The translations under genes were made by a program, and so were the position numbers. Shown here piece after piece: positions 10,804 through 23,330 of a stretch of DNA of 64,000 bases. Origin of the DNA: Escherichia coli (GTDB lineage: Bacteria; Pseudomonadota; Gammaproteobacteria; Enterobacterales; Enterobacteriaceae); NCBI RefSeq assembly GCF_003019035.1, contig NZ_CP027447.1. The stretch is one strand, 5' to 3'. Position 1 is the first letter of the stretch. Every line of letters starts with the position of its first letter. The notes beneath the pieces were generated by a model that worked only from the letters and a program-made list of their open reading frames with translations, had not been told where the DNA came from and made no database searches.

Positions 10804-11757
10804 TTAACTACGTAAAATCGCCGCTGCTGTATCCTGATCGGTAACCAGTGCGTTGATATAACCGCCTTTCATTGCAGCGGCAATGGCTTCGGCTTTATTT
10901 TCTCCCCCTGCCACGCCAACCCGGACGGGTATGGTCTTCAGCGCGCTTAAAGGTAAGCCAATCAGTTCGTTATGTATTTTAATATCCGTGACAACGTCAC
11001 CTTTTGCATCAAAAAAGTAGCCTAAAATGTCGCCAACCGCCCCTTTTCGACCAATCATTAACTGTTCGCCCTGGCTGATATAGCCGGAGCGAATGATTGT
11101 TGCGTCGTCTTGTTGACTCACAGCCCCAATGCCGACAATCGCTACATCCGCTGCTTGCGCGGCTAGCAGAACATCTTTGACGCAATTTTCATTTTTTAGC
11201 GTACGGGCAATGTCAGCGGAGGATGCCCGCAACGGAGCCGGAATAATATTCACACTGCACGCCGCGTTAAGCTGCCCGATACCCGTCATATAAGAACCGA
11301 CTCCACCGGAGAGCGTGACCAGGCGAATTTGCTGTGACGAAATAAAACCACTTAAGCGTTGCAGCGTATTCATGGTTGCCTCGCCAAAACCAATCGCCAG
11401 CATCTGTTGTGGTTGAAGTAAACTCATCAACATATGCGCCGCGCCTATACCTAGTCGCCCGCCGACATCAGCATCCGCAAGCCCTGGGATCACCCGGACA
11501 TGTTGCAGCGAAAACTGACGACGTAATTGTGTTTCATATTCCAGACAGCCTTCAAAGCGAGAATTAATCTGTACGCGAATAATGCCGGATTGATGCCCTT
11601 TCTCCAGTAATCGCGACACTTTCAAACGGGTCAGGCCGAGACGATCGCTGATCTCACTCTGGGTCAGCCCGTCGTGGTAGTAAAACCACGCAATCCGCGC
11701 GACCTGTTCTTCTTCACACATTCCCTGTTCTGAAATTACCGAATCGTTGATTGTCAT
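10804..11757 (-). CDS. lsrR: LsrR transcriptional repressor (SorC family, 317 aa)
   Basis: N-terminal HTH plus sugar-phosphate binding domain; position upstream of lsrK, divergent from lsrA. Confidence 0.95.
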   Translation of the reverse strand: MTINDSVISEQGMCEEEQVARIAWFYYHDGLTQSEISDRLGLTRLKVSRLLEKGHQSGIIRVQINSRFEGCLEYETQLRRQFSLQHVRVIPGLADADVGGRLGIGAAHMLMSLLQPQQMLAIGFGEATMNTLQRLSGFISSQQIRLVTLSGGVGSYMTGIGQLNAACSVNIIPAPLRASSADIARTLKNENCVKDVLLAAQAADVAIVGIGAVSQQDDATIIRSGYISQGEQLMIGRKGAVGDILGYFFDAKGDVVTDIKIHNELIGLPLSALKTIPVRVGVAGGENKAEAIAAAMKGGYINALVTDQDTAAAILRS

Positions 11758-12005
11758 AATTCATTCTTCACTTTGAACATACTTAAATCTTTAATGCAAT
11801 TGTTCAGTTCTTGCGCATTTATATCTGTGATGGCAACCACAGTTTGACTCTATGAGCATGAACAAACGCAACCGTGAAAATCAAAATAGCATAAATTGTG
11901 ATCTATTCGTCGGAAATATGTGCAATGTCCACCTAAGGTTATGAACAAATTAAAAACAGAAATACATTTGTTCAAAACTCACCTGCAAAACTGAACGGGG
12001 GAAAT
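11758..12005. promoter_or_regulatory. Divergent lsrR / lsrACDBFG promoter region with candidate CRP site
   Basis: AT-rich 248-bp intergenic region; CRP-like palindrome TGTGATGGCAACCACA at 11826-11841; weaker TGTGA half-site at 11897. Confidence 0.55.
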
Positions 12006-13541
12006 ATGCAAACGAGTGATACCCGCGCGTTACCGCTACTTTGCGCCCGCTCGGTTTATAAACAGTATTCAGGAGTTAATGTCCTGAAAGGCATCGATTT
12101 TACGTTGCATCAGGGGGAGGTCCACGCCCTGCTCGGCGGCAATGGTGCCGGTAAATCGACGTTAATGAAGATTATTGCCGGTATTACCCCTGCTGATAGC
12201 GGTACGCTGGAGATTGGGGGCAACAACTACGTCAGATTAACGCCAGTTCATGCTCATCAGCTGGGCATTTATCTCGTTCCCCAGGAACCGCTGCTTTTTC
12301 CAAGCCTGTCGATAAAAGAAAACATCCTGTTTGGTCTGGCAAAAAAACAGCTCTCCATACAGAAAATGAATAACTTGCTGGCGGCGCTGGGCTGCCAGTT
12401 TGATCTGCATAGTCTGGCAGGATCGCTGGATGTCGCCGATCGCCAAATGGTGGAAATCCTCCGCGGGCTGATGCGCGATTCGCGAATTCTGATCCTCGAT
12501 GAACCTACCGCCTCGCTTACTCCCGCCGAAACCGAACGTTTGTTTATTCGCTTGCGGGAGCTGCTTGCTACTGGCGTGGGTATTGTTTTTATCTCGCATA
12601 AGCTGCCGGAAATTCGCCAGATTGCCGACCGAATTAGCGTGATGCGCGACGGAACCATCGCCTTAAGCGGCAAAACCAGCGAACTGTCTACCGACGACAT
12701 TATTCAGGCCATTACGCCAGCGCTACGGGAAAAATCGCTCTCTGCCAGCCAAAAATTATGGCTGGAATTACCTGGCAACCGCCCACAACATGCCGCGGGA
12801 ACGCCGGTGCTGACACTGGAAAATCTGACCGGCGAAGGTTTCAGGAATGTCAGCCTGACGCTCAATGCCGGAGAAATTCTGGGCCTGGCTGGGCTGGTGG
12901 GAGCCGGACGCACAGAACTGGCCGAGACGCTCTATGGTCTGCGTACTTTGCGTGGCGGACGCATTATGCTGAATGGTAAAGAGATCAATAGATTATCCAC
13001 CGGAGAACGTTTACTGCGCGGTCTGGTTTATCTGCCGGAAGATCGCCAGTCATCCGGACTTAATCTCGATGCTTCACTGGCGTGGAACGTCTGCGCCCTT
13101 ACTCATAACCTTCGTGGATTCTGGGCGAAAACCGCGAAAGATAATGCCACCCTGGAACGATATCGTCGGGCGCTGAATATTAAATTTAACCAACCGGAAC
13201 AAGCTGCGCGGACCTTATCCGGCGGCAACCAGCAAAAAATCCTGATTGCCAAATGCCTGGAAGCCTCGCCGCAAGTATTGATTGTCGATGAGCCGACGCG
13301 CGGCGTGGATGTCTCGGCGCGTAATGATATCTACCAACTGTTGCGCAGCATCGCCGCACAGAATGTGGCTGTGCTGCTTATCTCCTCTGATCTCGAAGAG
13401 ATCGAACTGATGGCAGATCGCGTGTATGTGATGCATCAGGGCGAAATTGCCCACTCTGCACTGACCGGGCGCGATATTAATGTCGAGACCATTATGCGCG
13501 TTGCCTTCGGCGATAGTCAGCGTCAGGAGGCGTCATGCTGA
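12006..13541 (+). CDS. lsrA: AI-2 ABC transporter ATP-binding protein LsrA (511 aa)
   Basis: Two ABC cassettes with Walker A motifs GGNGAGKST and AGLVGAGRT. Confidence 0.95.
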
Positions 13542-14563
13542 AATTTATTCAGAACAACCGTGAAATCACGGCACTGCTGGCGGTGGTGCTGCTGTTTGTA
13601 TTACCCGGTTTTCTCGACCGTCAGTATTTAAGTGTGCAAACGCTGACCATGGTTTATAGCAGCGCGCAAATCCTGATCCTGCTGGCAATGGGCGCGACGC
13701 TGGTAATGCTTACGCGCAATATTGATGTTTCAGTGGGTTCGATTACCGGAATGTGCGCGGTGCTGTTGGGGATGTTACTGAACGCGGGGTATTCACTACC
13801 TGTTGCTTGTGTCGCGACTTTACTGCTTGGTTTGCTCGCGGGATTTTTCAACGGTGTCCTGGTCGCGTGGCTAAAGATCCCTGCCATTGTTGCCACCCTT
13901 GGCACGTTAGGGTTGTACAGAGGCATCATGTTGCTGTGGACTGGCGGTAAATGGATTGAGGGATTACCCGCCGAACTGAAACAACTCTCCGCCCCGCTGC
14001 TGTTTGGCGTTTCCGCGATTGGTTGGTTGACGATAATTCTGGTGGCATTTATGGCCTGGCTGCTGGCAAAGACGGCGTTTGGACGCAGTTTTTATGTCAC
14101 GGGCGATAATTTACAGGGCGCTCGTCAACTGGGCGTTCGTACGGAAGCCATTCGCATTGTGGCATTTTCGTTGAACGGCTGCATGGCGGCACTGGCGGGA
14201 ATTGTGTTTGCTTCGCAGATTGGTTTTATCCCCAACCAGACCGGTACCGGGCTGGAGATGAAAGCAATTGCAGCCTGCGTGCTGGGCGGCATTAGTTTGC
14301 TCGGCGGTTCCGGCGCGATCATCGGTGCGGTACTCGGTGCATGGTTCCTGACGCAGATCGATAGTGTACTGGTGCTGTTGCGCATTCCGGCATGGTGGAA
14401 TGATTTTATCGCGGGCATGGTTCTGCTGGCGGTGCTGGTGTTTGATGGACGCCTGCGTTGTGCGCTGGAACGTAATCTGCGGCGGCAAAAATATGCCCGC
14501 TTTATGATGCCACCGCCATCCGTTAAACCCGCTTCGTCAGGTAAAAAACGGGAGGCCGCGTAA
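13535..14563 (+). CDS. lsrC: AI-2 ABC transporter permease LsrC
   Basis: Polytopic permease; 7-nt overlap with the lsrA stop. Confidence 0.95.
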
Positions 14564-15555
14564 TGCGTATTCGCTACGGTTGGGAACTGGCTCTTGCCGC
14601 ACTGCTCGTTATTGAGATTGTTGCATTTGGTGCAATTAACCCGCGGATGTTAGATCTCAATATGTTGCTGTTCAGCACCAGTGACTTTATCTGCATTGGC
14701 ATTGTCGCCCTACCGCTGACGATGGTGATTGTCAGTGGTGGGATCGATATTTCGTTTGGTTCGACCATCGGCCTCTGCGCCATTGCATTGGGCGTACTGT
14801 TTCAAAGTGGTGTGCCGATGCCGCTGGCGATTCTTCTGACCTTACTGCTCGGCGCATTGTGCGGGTTGATCAACGCCGGATTAATTATCTATACCAAAGT
14901 TAACCCGCTGGTGATTACGCTTGGCACGCTGTATCTGTTTGCCGGAAGCGCCCTGCTGCTTTCCGGGATGGCCGGAGCGACGGGGTACGAAGGTATTGGT
15001 GGATTCCCGATGGCGTTTACAGATTTCGCTAACCTGGATGTGCTGGGACTCCCCGTTCCGCTGATTATCTTCCTGATATGTCTCCTCGTTTTCTGGCTCT
15101 GGCTGCATAAAACCCATGCCGGACGTAACGTGTTTTTAATTGGGCAAAGCCCGCGTGTGGCGGTTTATAGCGCGATTCCAGTTAACCGCACCTTGTGTGC
15201 GCTCTATGCCATGACGGGGCTGGCGTCTGCGGTCGCCGCTGTGCTGCTGGTATCGTATTTTGGTTCAGCACGTTCCGATCTCGGTGCGTCGTTTCTGATG
15301 CCCGCCATCACCGCCGTAGTGCTCGGCGGTGCCAATATTTATGGTGGTTCTGGTTCCATTATCGGCACCGCCATTGCGGTTTTATTAGTGGGATATTTGC
15401 AACAAGGTTTGCAAATGGCAGGAGTGCCAAATCAGGTGTCCAGCGCCCTTTCCGGTGCGCTACTTATCGTCGTTGTCGTAGGTCGTTCCGTTAGCCTGCA
15501 TCGCCAGCAAATTAAAGAGTGGCTGGCGCGTCGGGCCAATAACCCATTGCCATAA
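14563..15555 (+). CDS. lsrD: AI-2 ABC transporter permease LsrD
   Basis: Polytopic permease; start overlaps the lsrC stop. Confidence 0.95.
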   Translation: MRIRYGWELALAALLVIEIVAFGAINPRMLDLNMLLFSTSDFICIGIVALPLTMVIVSGGIDISFGSTIGLCAIALGVLFQSGVPMPLAILLTLLLGALCGLINAGLIIYTKVNPLVITLGTLYLFAGSALLLSGMAGATGYEGIGGFPMAFTDFANLDVLGLPVPLIIFLICLLVFWLWLHKTHAGRNVFLIGQSPRVAVYSAIPVNRTLCALYAMTGLASAVAAVLLVSYFGSARSDLGASFLMPAITAVVLGGANIYGGSGSIIGTAIAVLLVGYLQQGLQMAGVPNQVSSALSGALLIVVVVGRSVSLHRQQIKEWLARRANNPLP

Positions 15556-15566
15556 AGGATATCTTC

Positions 15567-16589
15567 ATGACACTTCATCGCTTTAAGAAAATCGCCTTAA
15601 TTAGCGCGCTTGGCATTGCCGTAATCTCTATGAATGTGCAGGCGGCAGAGCGTATTGCATTTATTCCCAAACTGGTTGGCGTAGGATTTTTTACCAGCGG
15701 TGGCAACGGCGCACAACAAGCTGGTAAAGAGCTGGGCGTTGATGTGACCTACGACGGGCCGACAGAACCCAGTGTTTCTGGTCAGGTACAGTTGATTAAT
15801 AACTTCGTCAATCAGGGTTATAACGCCATTATCGTTTCTGCGGTTTCGCCTGATGGCTTGTGTCCGGCACTGAAACGCGCCATGCAACGTGGTGTGAGAG
15901 TGCTGACCTGGGACTCTGATACTAAACCGGAGTGCCGCTCTTACTACATTAATCAGGGAACGCCCGCCCAGTTGGGAGGTATGTTGGTGGATATGGCGGC
16001 GCGTCAGGTGAATAAAGACAAAGCCAAAGTCGCGTTTTTCTACTCAAGCCCCACCGTTACGGACCAAAACCAGTGGGTGAAAGAAGCGAAAGCGAAAATC
16101 GCCAAAGAGCATCCAGGCTGGGAAATTGTCACTACGCAGTTTGGCTATAACGATGCCACTAAATCATTACAAACCGCAGAAGGAATATTAAAAGCGTATA
16201 GCGATCTCGACGCTATTATCGCCCCCGATGCCAATGCCCTGCCCGCTGCCGCACAAGCCGCAGAAAACCTGAAAAATGACAAAGTTGCGATTGTCGGATT
16301 CAGTACGCCAAACGTGATGCGTCCATATGTGGAACGCGGCACGGTGAAAGAATTTGGCCTGTGGGATGTGGTTCAGCAAGGCAAAATATCAGTTTATGTC
16401 GCGGATGCATTATTGAAAAAAGGATCAATGAAAACGGGCGACAAGCTGGATATTCAGGGCGTAGGTCAGGTGGAAGTCTCGCCAAACAGCGTTCAGGGCT
16501 ATGACTACGAAGCGGATGGTAATGGCATCGTACTGTTACCGGAGCGCGTGATATTCAACAAAGAGAATATCGGCAAATACGATTTCTGA
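15567..16589 (+). CDS. lsrB: AI-2 periplasmic binding protein LsrB
   Basis: Signal peptide [26 protein letters not shown] followed by periplasmic sugar-binding fold. Confidence 0.95.
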   Translation: MTLHRFKKIALISALGIAVISMNVQAAERIAFIPKLVGVGFFTSGGNGAQQAGKELGVDVTYDGPTEPSVSGQVQLINNFVNQGYNAIIVSAVSPDGLCPALKRAMQRGVRVLTWDSDTKPECRSYYINQGTPAQLGGMLVDMAARQVNKDKAKVAFFYSSPTVTDQNQWVKEAKAKIAKEHPGWEIVTTQFGYNDATKSLQTAEGILKAYSDLDAIIAPDANALPAAAQAAENLKNDKVAIVGFSTPNVMRPYVERGTVKEFGLWDVVQQGKISVYVADALLKKGSMKTGDKLDIQGVGQVEVSPNSVQGYDYEADGNGIVLLPERVIFNKENIGKYDF

Positions 16590-16615
16590 TGTGCATTACT
16601 TAACCGGAGTACGTT

Positions 16616-17491
16616 ATGGCAGATTTAGACGATATTAAAGATGGTAAAGATTTTCGTACCGATCAACCGCAACAAAATATCCCTTTTACCCTGAAAGGTT
16701 GCGGTGCACTGGATTGGGGAATGCAGTCACGCTTATCGCGGATATTTAATCCGAAAACGGGTAAAACCGTGATGCTGGCCTTTGATCATGGTTATTTTCA
16801 GGGGCCGACTACCGGACTTGAACGCATTGATATAAATATCGCCCCGCTGTTTGAACATGCCGATGTATTAATGTGTACGCGCGGCATTTTGCGCAGCGTA
16901 GTCCCCCCTGCGACCAATAAGCCGGTGGTACTGCGGGCGTCAGGTGCGAACTCTATTCTGGCGGAATTAAGTAATGAAGCCGTGGCGTTATCGATGGATG
17001 ACGCCGTGCGCCTGAACAGTTGCGCGGTGGCGGCGCAGGTTTATATCGGCAGCGAATATGAACATCAGTCGATCAAAAATATTATTCAGCTGGTCGATGC
17101 CGGAATGAAAGCGGGAATGCCGACCATGGCCGTGACTGGTGTGGGCAAAGATATGGTGCGCGATCAGCGTTATTTCTCGCTCGCGACTCGAATCGCCGCT
17201 GAAATGGGGGCGCAGATTATCAAAACTTATTATGTCGATAAAGGTTTTGAACGGATTGTTGCCGGATGTCCGGTACCCATTGTTATTGCTGGCGGTAAAA
17301 AGTTACCGGAGCGCGAGGCGCTGGAAATGTGCTGGCAGGCTATCGATCAGGGCGCTTCTGGTGTGGATATGGGGCGTAATATTTTCCAGTCTGACCATCC
17401 GGTGGCGATGATGAAAGCCGTACAGGCGGTGGTACACCATAACGAAACGGCTGATCGGGCATATGAACTCTATCTGAGTGAAAAACAGTAA
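16616..17491 (+). CDS. lsrF: LsrF, 3-hydroxy-5-phosphonooxypentane-2,4-dione thiolase (aldolase-like)
   Basis: Class I aldolase-like sequence in lsr operon context. Confidence 0.95.
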   Translation: MADLDDIKDGKDFRTDQPQQNIPFTLKGCGALDWGMQSRLSRIFNPKTGKTVMLAFDHGYFQGPTTGLERIDINIAPLFEHADVLMCTRGILRSVVPPATNKPVVLRASGANSILAELSNEAVALSMDDAVRLNSCAVAAQVYIGSEYEHQSIKNIIQLVDAGMKAGMPTMAVTGVGKDMVRDQRYFSLATRIAAEMGAQIIKTYYVDKGFERIVAGCPVPIVIAGGKKLPEREALEMCWQAIDQGASGVDMGRNIFQSDHPVAMMKAVQAVVHHNETADRAYELYLSEKQ

Positions 17492-17514
17492 CTGCGGATT
17501 TAAGGAGAAGAATT

Positions 17515-17805
17515 ATGCACGTCACACTGGTTGAAATTAACGTTCATGAAGACAAGGTTGACGAGTTTATCGAAGTTTTTCGCCAGAACCACCTGGGCTC
17601 GGTACAGGAAGAAGGCAATTTGCGCTTCGATGTCTTACAGGACCCGGAAGTGAATTCGCGCTTTTATATCTACGAAGCTTATAAAGATGAAGACGCAGTG
17701 GCGTTCCATAAAACCACGCCCCACTACAAAACCTGTGTCGCAAAACTGGAAGCTTTAATGACCGGGCCGCGTAAAAAACGTCTGTTCAATGGATTGATGC
17801 CGTGA
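17515..17805 (+). CDS. lsrG: LsrG, phospho-AI-2 isomerase (96 aa)
   Basis: Small ABM-monooxygenase-like protein at the operon end. Confidence 0.9.
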   Translation: MHVTLVEINVHEDKVDEFIEVFRQNHLGSVQEEGNLRFDVLQDPEVNSRFYIYEAYKDEDAVAFHKTTPHYKTCVAKLEALMTGPRKKRLFNGLMP

Positions 17806-17861
17806 GGCGAATTTATCAGTTTTATCTACACTAGGGGTAACGCGCTGACGGGAGTAAAAAT

Positions 17862-18620
17862 ATGTCTGACTGGAACCCCTCTTTATATCTGCACTTTGCC
17901 GCTGAACGATCGCGTCCGGCGATGGAGCTGCTTGCCAGAGTGCCGCTGGAGAATATCGAATACGTTGCCGATCTTGGCTGTGGCCCAGGTAACAGCACCG
18001 CACTGCTGCATCAACGTTGGCCTGCGGCCAGGATAACAGGCATCGACTCGTCTCCGGCGATGATTGCTGAAGCGCGCAGTGCTTTGCCAGACTGCCAGTT
18101 CGTGGAAGCAGACATCCGCAACTGGCAACCGGAACAGGCACTCGATCTGATTTTTGCTAATGCCTCACTGCAATGGCTGCCCGACCACTACGAATTGTTC
18201 CCTCATCTGGTTTCTTTACTTAATTCGCATGGTGTGTTGGCAGTACAGATGCCAGATAACTGGCTAGAGCCAACCCATGTGCTCATGCGCGAAGTCGCCT
18301 GGGAACAAAATTATCCGGATCGCGGGCGTGAGCCGCTGGCTGGCGTTCATGCTTACTACGATATTTTGAGCGAAGCCGGATGTGAGGTCGATATCTGGCG
18401 AACCACTTACTATCACCAGATGCCGTCGCACCAGGCGATTATCGATTGGGTGACCGCCACTGGATTACGTCCGTGGTTACAGGATCTGACCGAGAGCGAA
18501 CAGCAGCATTTTCTTACGCGCTACCATCAGATGCTGGAAGAGCAGTATCCACTGCAAGAGAACGGAGAGATACTGCTGGCATTTCCGCGTCTGTTTATTG
18601 TTGCCCGCCGTACGGAGTAA
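17862..18620 (+). CDS. tam: Trans-aconitate 2-methyltransferase
   Basis: SAM-binding motif [12 protein letters not shown]; position after lsrG. Confidence 0.9.
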   Translation: MSDWNPSLYLHFAAERSRPAMELLARVPLENIEYVADLGCGPGNSTALLHQRWPAARITGIDSSPAMIAEARSALPDCQFVEADIRNWQPEQALDLIFANASLQWLPDHYELFPHLVSLLNSHGVLAVQMPDNWLEPTHVLMREVAWEQNYPDRGREPLAGVHAYYDILSEAGCEVDIWRTTYYHQMPSHQAIIDWVTATGLRPWLQDLTESEQQHFLTRYHQMLEEQYPLQENGEILLAFPRLFIVARRTE

Positions 18621-18623
18621 TTA

Positions 18624-19538
18624 TCACGTCAGCTGGTAATGGCGATCGGGAAGAATTTTCGCTGGAATTTCTGCTTCATCGTTCATCTGTAACAGGTCAA
18701 TTTCAATAGCGTTGCAGATGGCATCCAGCGGTAAGTCATTGTTTTCAGTACCGAAGGGATCTTCCAGTTCTTCCGCCAGACAATCCAGCGAAATAAAAGT
18801 GTAGGAAATCAGCACAGAGATAAAAGGCGTCATGTAATGCAGGTCCACGACCAGCGCAAACGGCAGCATGATACAAAACAGATAAACGGTACGATGCAAA
18901 ATCAGGGTGTAGGCAAAGGGAATTGGCGTATAGGCAATGCGCTCGCAGCCTGCCAGAACCGCTGAAATATCATTAAGCCGATCGTTGAGGCTAATAAACA
19001 GGATATCTGAAAGCTGCCCATTGCGGCGCTGAACCGCCAACCACTCCCCCATTATTAACAAGATGCGGTTAGCTGGAGAGTTCGAAGCCAGTACACGCTG
19101 AAGATCTTCCGTCTTGAGATAATGAGCCAGCACTTCCGCCTGTGGCTGTTTGCGTAATGTCATGCGCAAACAGTGGGCGAAGGCGATTTGCAGCCGGGCA
19201 AACTCCCTTACACTTGCCGAATCCGGTAATGTCGTTTTTACCTCGCGCAGTAACGACCGCGAGGCAATCATCAACTGCCCCCAAAGTTTTCGCGCTTCAA
19301 CGTAACGGGCGTAACCGGCATTATTACGAAAACCAAGAAAAATGGCGATGGCGACACCGAGAATGCTGAACGGTGCGAGGGTGAATTTAATGCCCAAATG
19401 CGTGTACCAGGGCAGCATGAAAATAACAGCGATCGAAAAGAGAAAATTGAGTAGTAAGCGCGAGGATATCTTGGATAATACTGAACCGTGCCAGACAAAA
19501 ATACGGCGCAGCCAGTGTTGTTGTGGACGAACAATCAT
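18624..19538 (-). CDS. yneE: Bestrophin-like membrane protein YneE (304 aa from MIVRPQQHW; the 321-aa track ORF is an extension)
   Basis: UPF0187/bestrophin-family membrane protein; convergent with tam, 3-nt gap between stops. Confidence 0.85.
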   Translation of the reverse strand: MIVRPQQHWLRRIFVWHGSVLSKISSRLLLNFLFSIAVIFMLPWYTHLGIKFTLAPFSILGVAIAIFLGFRNNAGYARYVEARKLWGQLMIASRSLLREVKTTLPDSASVREFARLQIAFAHCLRMTLRKQPQAEVLAHYLKTEDLQRVLASNSPANRILLIMGEWLAVQRRNGQLSDILFISLNDRLNDISAVLAGCERIAYTPIPFAYTLILHRTVYLFCIMLPFALVVDLHYMTPFISVLISYTFISLDCLAEELEDPFGTENNDLPLDAICNAIEIDLLQMNDEAEIPAKILPDRHYQLT

Positions 19539-19697
19539 GGTTATCTTCAGGCGTGGAAAAGTCGCCCTATTAAACGTGATTACGATCACATTCTCAAGAC
19601 ACTACTTACAAATTACCTACAAGCTTACAACATTAACAGGTGCTGCATGTAGCACCTGTTAATGATAAAGGCACATAGGATGTTGTAACTAATATAG

Positions 19698-19727
19698 TGA
19701 AATAAGAAACCCGGTCGAAACCGGGTT
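19698..19727 (-). terminator. Rho-independent terminator of uxaB
   Basis: Stem AACCCGG/CCGGGTT with loop TCGAAA at 19708-19727, followed on the minus strand by UUCUUAUUUC. Confidence 0.5.
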
Positions 19728-19734
19728 CAGAGTA

Positions 19735-21186
19735 TTAGCACAACGGACGTACAGCTTCGCGCATTCCTTTTTCGAGAATCGCATCCAGGTCATTAGCCAC
19801 CTGCTCGACCAGACCAGGCACTTGCGTCAGGTCCTGCTCCCAGTGGTCTTTTTCAGCCAACACAATAGCAACCAGTTCCTGGGTGCCGATAACACGGTCA
19901 CGATGCTGGCTCCAGAGTTGCTGATAACGTTCCAGCCAGTGGGCATCGTCCTGTACCGGATATGTTTCTCCATTACGCTCACCGCGATAAAACGCAATCA
20001 ATGCCGCTAATGCGAAAGTAAGGCGCGCCGGAAGTGTGCCGTTTGCCTTCTGCCCTGCCAGCAGCTGCGGCAGGATACGGGTGCGGAACTTGGTCATACC
20101 GTTAAGCGCGATAGACAGCAGCTGATGCTTAATGTACGGATTACGGAAACGTCCGGTGACTGCACTGGCGAAAGATTCCAGTTCATCACGAGGCAAATCC
20201 AGTACCGGAATAATCTCTTCGTAGATGGCTTTTTCAACGAATGCACAAATTTCAGCATCGTTCATCGCTTCACCTACGGTATCCAGCCCTGCCTGGAACG
20301 CCACCGGCACCAGCGCGGTGTGCGCACCGTTGAGGATTGCCACTTTGCGTTCTTTATACGGTTTAATATCGTCAACAATCAGCACGTTGAGCGGATATTT
20401 GTCCAGACGCAGTTCAGTCGCTAAGGATTTCGGCCCCTGAATCACAAACAGGTAAAAGTGTTCAGCGGTGTCGAGGAAACCATCGTGATAACCCAGTTCT
20501 TCTTCCAGTTTAGCCACTTCATCACGCGGATAGCCGGTAACGATACGGTCCACCAGCGTAGAACAGAAGCTGTTAGCCTGATCCAGCCATTGAATAAATG
20601 CTTCTGGCAGTGCCCACTCTTGCGCATAGCGCAGCACCAGTTCACGCAACGCGTCGCCATTGTAGTCGATCAACTCACACGGGATGATGATCCAACCTTT
20701 ATCCAGCGCACCGTTGAAATGGCTAAAACGTTCGAACAGCAGACGGGTCAGTTTTGCCGGATAACTTACCGCTGGCGCGTCATCGAATTTATCGCCCGCA
20801 TGGTAGCTGATACCCGCTTCGGTGGTGTTAGAGAAAACAAAGCGCATTTCCGGGTTGTGCGCCAGTTTCAGGAATTCATCGTATTCACTGTAGACGCTGA
20901 TTTCACGATTAACAGAGCGAATCAGACGTGCGTCGCTGACCGCTTCCCCCTTCTCGTTCAGACCACGGATAATGGTGGTGTACAGACCATCCTGCGTGCT
21001 CAGTGACGGCGGGAATGAAGTTTCAATCGGACGAACAACGACCACGCCAGAATTCAGATCGGTGTGCTCATTCAGGAGATCGATTTGCCAGTCAACAAAG
21101 GCGCGCAGGAAGTTACCTTCACCAAACTGAATGATACGTTCTGGATACTGTGCACCGGGAAAATCGCGACGATTTAGTGTTTTCAC
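19735..21186 (-). CDS. uxaB: Altronate oxidoreductase (tagaturonate reductase)
   Basis: Mannitol dehydrogenase family, 483 aa, recognised as UxaB. Confidence 0.95.
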   Translation of the reverse strand: MKTLNRRDFPGAQYPERIIQFGEGNFLRAFVDWQIDLLNEHTDLNSGVVVVRPIETSFPPSLSTQDGLYTTIIRGLNEKGEAVSDARLIRSVNREISVYSEYDEFLKLAHNPEMRFVFSNTTEAGISYHAGDKFDDAPAVSYPAKLTRLLFERFSHFNGALDKGWIIIPCELIDYNGDALRELVLRYAQEWALPEAFIQWLDQANSFCSTLVDRIVTGYPRDEVAKLEEELGYHDGFLDTAEHFYLFVIQGPKSLATELRLDKYPLNVLIVDDIKPYKERKVAILNGAHTALVPVAFQAGLDTVGEAMNDAEICAFVEKAIYEEIIPVLDLPRDELESFASAVTGRFRNPYIKHQLLSIALNGMTKFRTRILPQLLAGQKANGTLPARLTFALAALIAFYRGERNGETYPVQDDAHWLERYQQLWSQHRDRVIGTQELVAIVLAEKDHWEQDLTQVPGLVEQVANDLDAILEKGMREAVRPLC

Positions 21187-21213
21187 AATGGGTTCCCTTC
21201 TGATTAGTCATAC

Positions 21214-21240
21214 AACCTGTTTGAATTGGTACGACAGGTT
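21214..21240. promoter_or_regulatory. Candidate ExuR/UxuR operator in the uxaB promoter
   Basis: Inverted repeat AACCTGT-N13-ACAGGTT about 30-55 bp upstream of the uxaB start; assignment to ExuR is inferred from the gene's known regulation. Confidence 0.3.
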
Positions 21241-21413
21241 AGCAAACTTTAATACGCCGAACCCCTGTTTTGATCAACTCCTGATGATTAATGAGCAGTT
21301 TTATGAGAAAAGTGTGGCGCGGATCATGGTTTAATCGAGGAACTACGCCTTTTATTCGCTCAATAAAGTGGTAGAACACATTCCATTTAAATCGCTGTGA
21401 ATGAATAAAGATG

Positions 21414-22832
21414 TCAGACAACTTCCTCACCGTAACGCATAGTGCTGGTACGGTTGCGCCCATCTTTCTTCGAGCGATACAGACATGTATCGGCTTCGAC
21501 CATCAATTTATTAAAGTCATCGGTCAGCGTTCGGTACGATGCGCAACCACTACCGACGCCAATACTTACCGTGAGATAAAGCGTTTTTTGTTGCCAGGTG
21601 AACGGTTGCAGTTCAACGCCTTTACGGATTTTTTCCGCCATTAGCAGACCATCGACAGGATTCACCGATGGCACTGCAACAGCAAATTCCTCGCCGCCCA
21701 TTCGCGCCACCAGCCCCTTATCACCGACAATCTTCTGAATATGCTGGGCAAACACGCTTAACACTTTATCGCCACATTCATGTCCATAGTTATCGTTAAT
21801 GCTTTTGAAATAGTCGATATCAAGCAGCATGACAGTCAGATGTTGTGTCTGTTTCAGCGATGGACTTTTCAGCGCCTCATAAAGACCGGACCGTGAGTAA
21901 ACCTGAGTCAGAAAATCAAAGTCGGCTCGCAGCGCAACTTGCTTCATTAGCGAATTGATCGCTGCCACGCTAAAAGAAACCATAATTGGGCATATCGCCA
22001 TCGTGGCAATACCGAGACGTGCGGAGAACATTTGCGGAATGGAGAACGGCGAACCGACCGAGATATCAATCACCGAATTTGCCACCATTACGATTTCCAC
22101 CGCACCGGTGACAAAGGTCAACAGACATGTTACCTGCGGCGTATAGCGCACTGCACACCAGATTAATGCAGGCAGCGGGAACGCCAGACTCCCCGCTCCG
22201 CCAATGACTACCGAGGCAATAACCGACACAATAAGCGCGATAGCGGGCATCATCTGTTCTGCTTTAAAGCGCGGCAGCACTCCAGGAATTGCCAACGTCA
22301 GCATACAAGGCACGATCAACACGCCCGTTGAGAATTGCTCACTGAACCAGTCGGCAAGCAAAGGCCAGAAATCCAGACTATCAATACTGACCGAACCAAT
22401 CGCCCCGACAATAGCGCATAATAATGCGGCAATCAGACAGTAATTAAATAGCCGTAAGGCACTTACTGGCTCGTACTTATTTTTCCCCAGACGCTTATCC
22501 CGCGCGACCAGTAAGGCGACGGTAACAATAAACATCATATTGGAGAAATTGATAGCCAGTGAAACCAGCCCCCATTCGGTGGTTATGGCATCATAAACCA
22601 GCATCGCCACATAACTGATCGCATAGTAATGCAGTCGATTAAGCCAGACATAGCGGGCAAACACCCCCGCCATTACGCCATTCAGCGGCCAGAAAAGAGA
22701 AAGTTCGTGAACCAGCCGTAACTCTGCACCAATAAAATAGAACAGCGTGGTTAGCGCAAAAATAGCGATGCTATTACGTAGCAGATGACCTTCCTGGAAC
22801 AAACGGAAAGTTGAAATGGGCTGTACATGCAT
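21414..22832 (-). CDS. dgcF: Membrane-anchored diguanylate cyclase (GGDEF) YneF/DgcF
   Basis: N-terminal multi-TM domain then GGDEF domain with GGEEF active-site motif (…ARMGGEEFAV…); N-terminal start not certain. Confidence 0.8.
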   Translation of the reverse strand: MHVQPISTFRLFQEGHLLRNSIAIFALTTLFYFIGAELRLVHELSLFWPLNGVMAGVFARYVWLNRLHYYAISYVAMLVYDAITTEWGLVSLAINFSNMMFIVTVALLVARDKRLGKNKYEPVSALRLFNYCLIAALLCAIVGAIGSVSIDSLDFWPLLADWFSEQFSTGVLIVPCMLTLAIPGVLPRFKAEQMMPAIALIVSVIASVVIGGAGSLAFPLPALIWCAVRYTPQVTCLLTFVTGAVEIVMVANSVIDISVGSPFSIPQMFSARLGIATMAICPIMVSFSVAAINSLMKQVALRADFDFLTQVYSRSGLYEALKSPSLKQTQHLTVMLLDIDYFKSINDNYGHECGDKVLSVFAQHIQKIVGDKGLVARMGGEEFAVAVPSVNPVDGLLMAEKIRKGVELQPFTWQQKTLYLTVSIGVGSGCASYRTLTDDFNKLMVEADTCLYRSKKDGRNRTSTMRYGEEVV

Positions 22833-22970
22833 TAATTATCTGTCCATACAATTGCGGGTGGCAATTATCTCAACGTAATAAGTAAATTCTTATAAAGGAT
22901 AGCATGTTCGCTGACAGCGGCGGCAAATAAAGATACCTAATGAATGCCATTTTATCGATTTCCGTAATTA

Positions 22971-23330
22971 TCATGGCTGATTCATCTGTATAACCAGCCA
23001 GTGATAGATTACCGTCACAATATAACGTTGTTGCTCCTCACTTAACGCTTCCCCCTGAGGAATGTTATGCCACTTAGCCAGACAACCGCGACAACAGGTC
23101 GCGGTGGCGTGTTGAGCGATAAAAACCGGATGCCCGCGCATGGGGGTTTGCTTACCGTCGTTAGCCGGTAATGCCGGAGCAAGACGTTTAGCGACAAAAT
23201 CTGCCGCATGTTGTTCAATGACTGGCGCGCCTTTCTCCAGACAATACTGACGCTCTTTCACACCCAAACGAAAGCGAGAGCGAAATTTTGAACGGGATAA
23301 ACGCGCGAAGAGTGGATCGAGAGACTGCAT
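22971..23330 (-). CDS. yneG: YneG, DUF4186-family protein (119 aa)
   Basis: Conserved small protein; start overlaps the glsB stop. Confidence 0.75.
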   Translation of the reverse strand: MQSLDPLFARLSRSKFRSRFRLGVKERQYCLEKGAPVIEQHAADFVAKRLAPALPANDGKQTPMRGHPVFIAQHATATCCRGCLAKWHNIPQGEALSEEQQRYIVTVIYHWLVIQMNQP

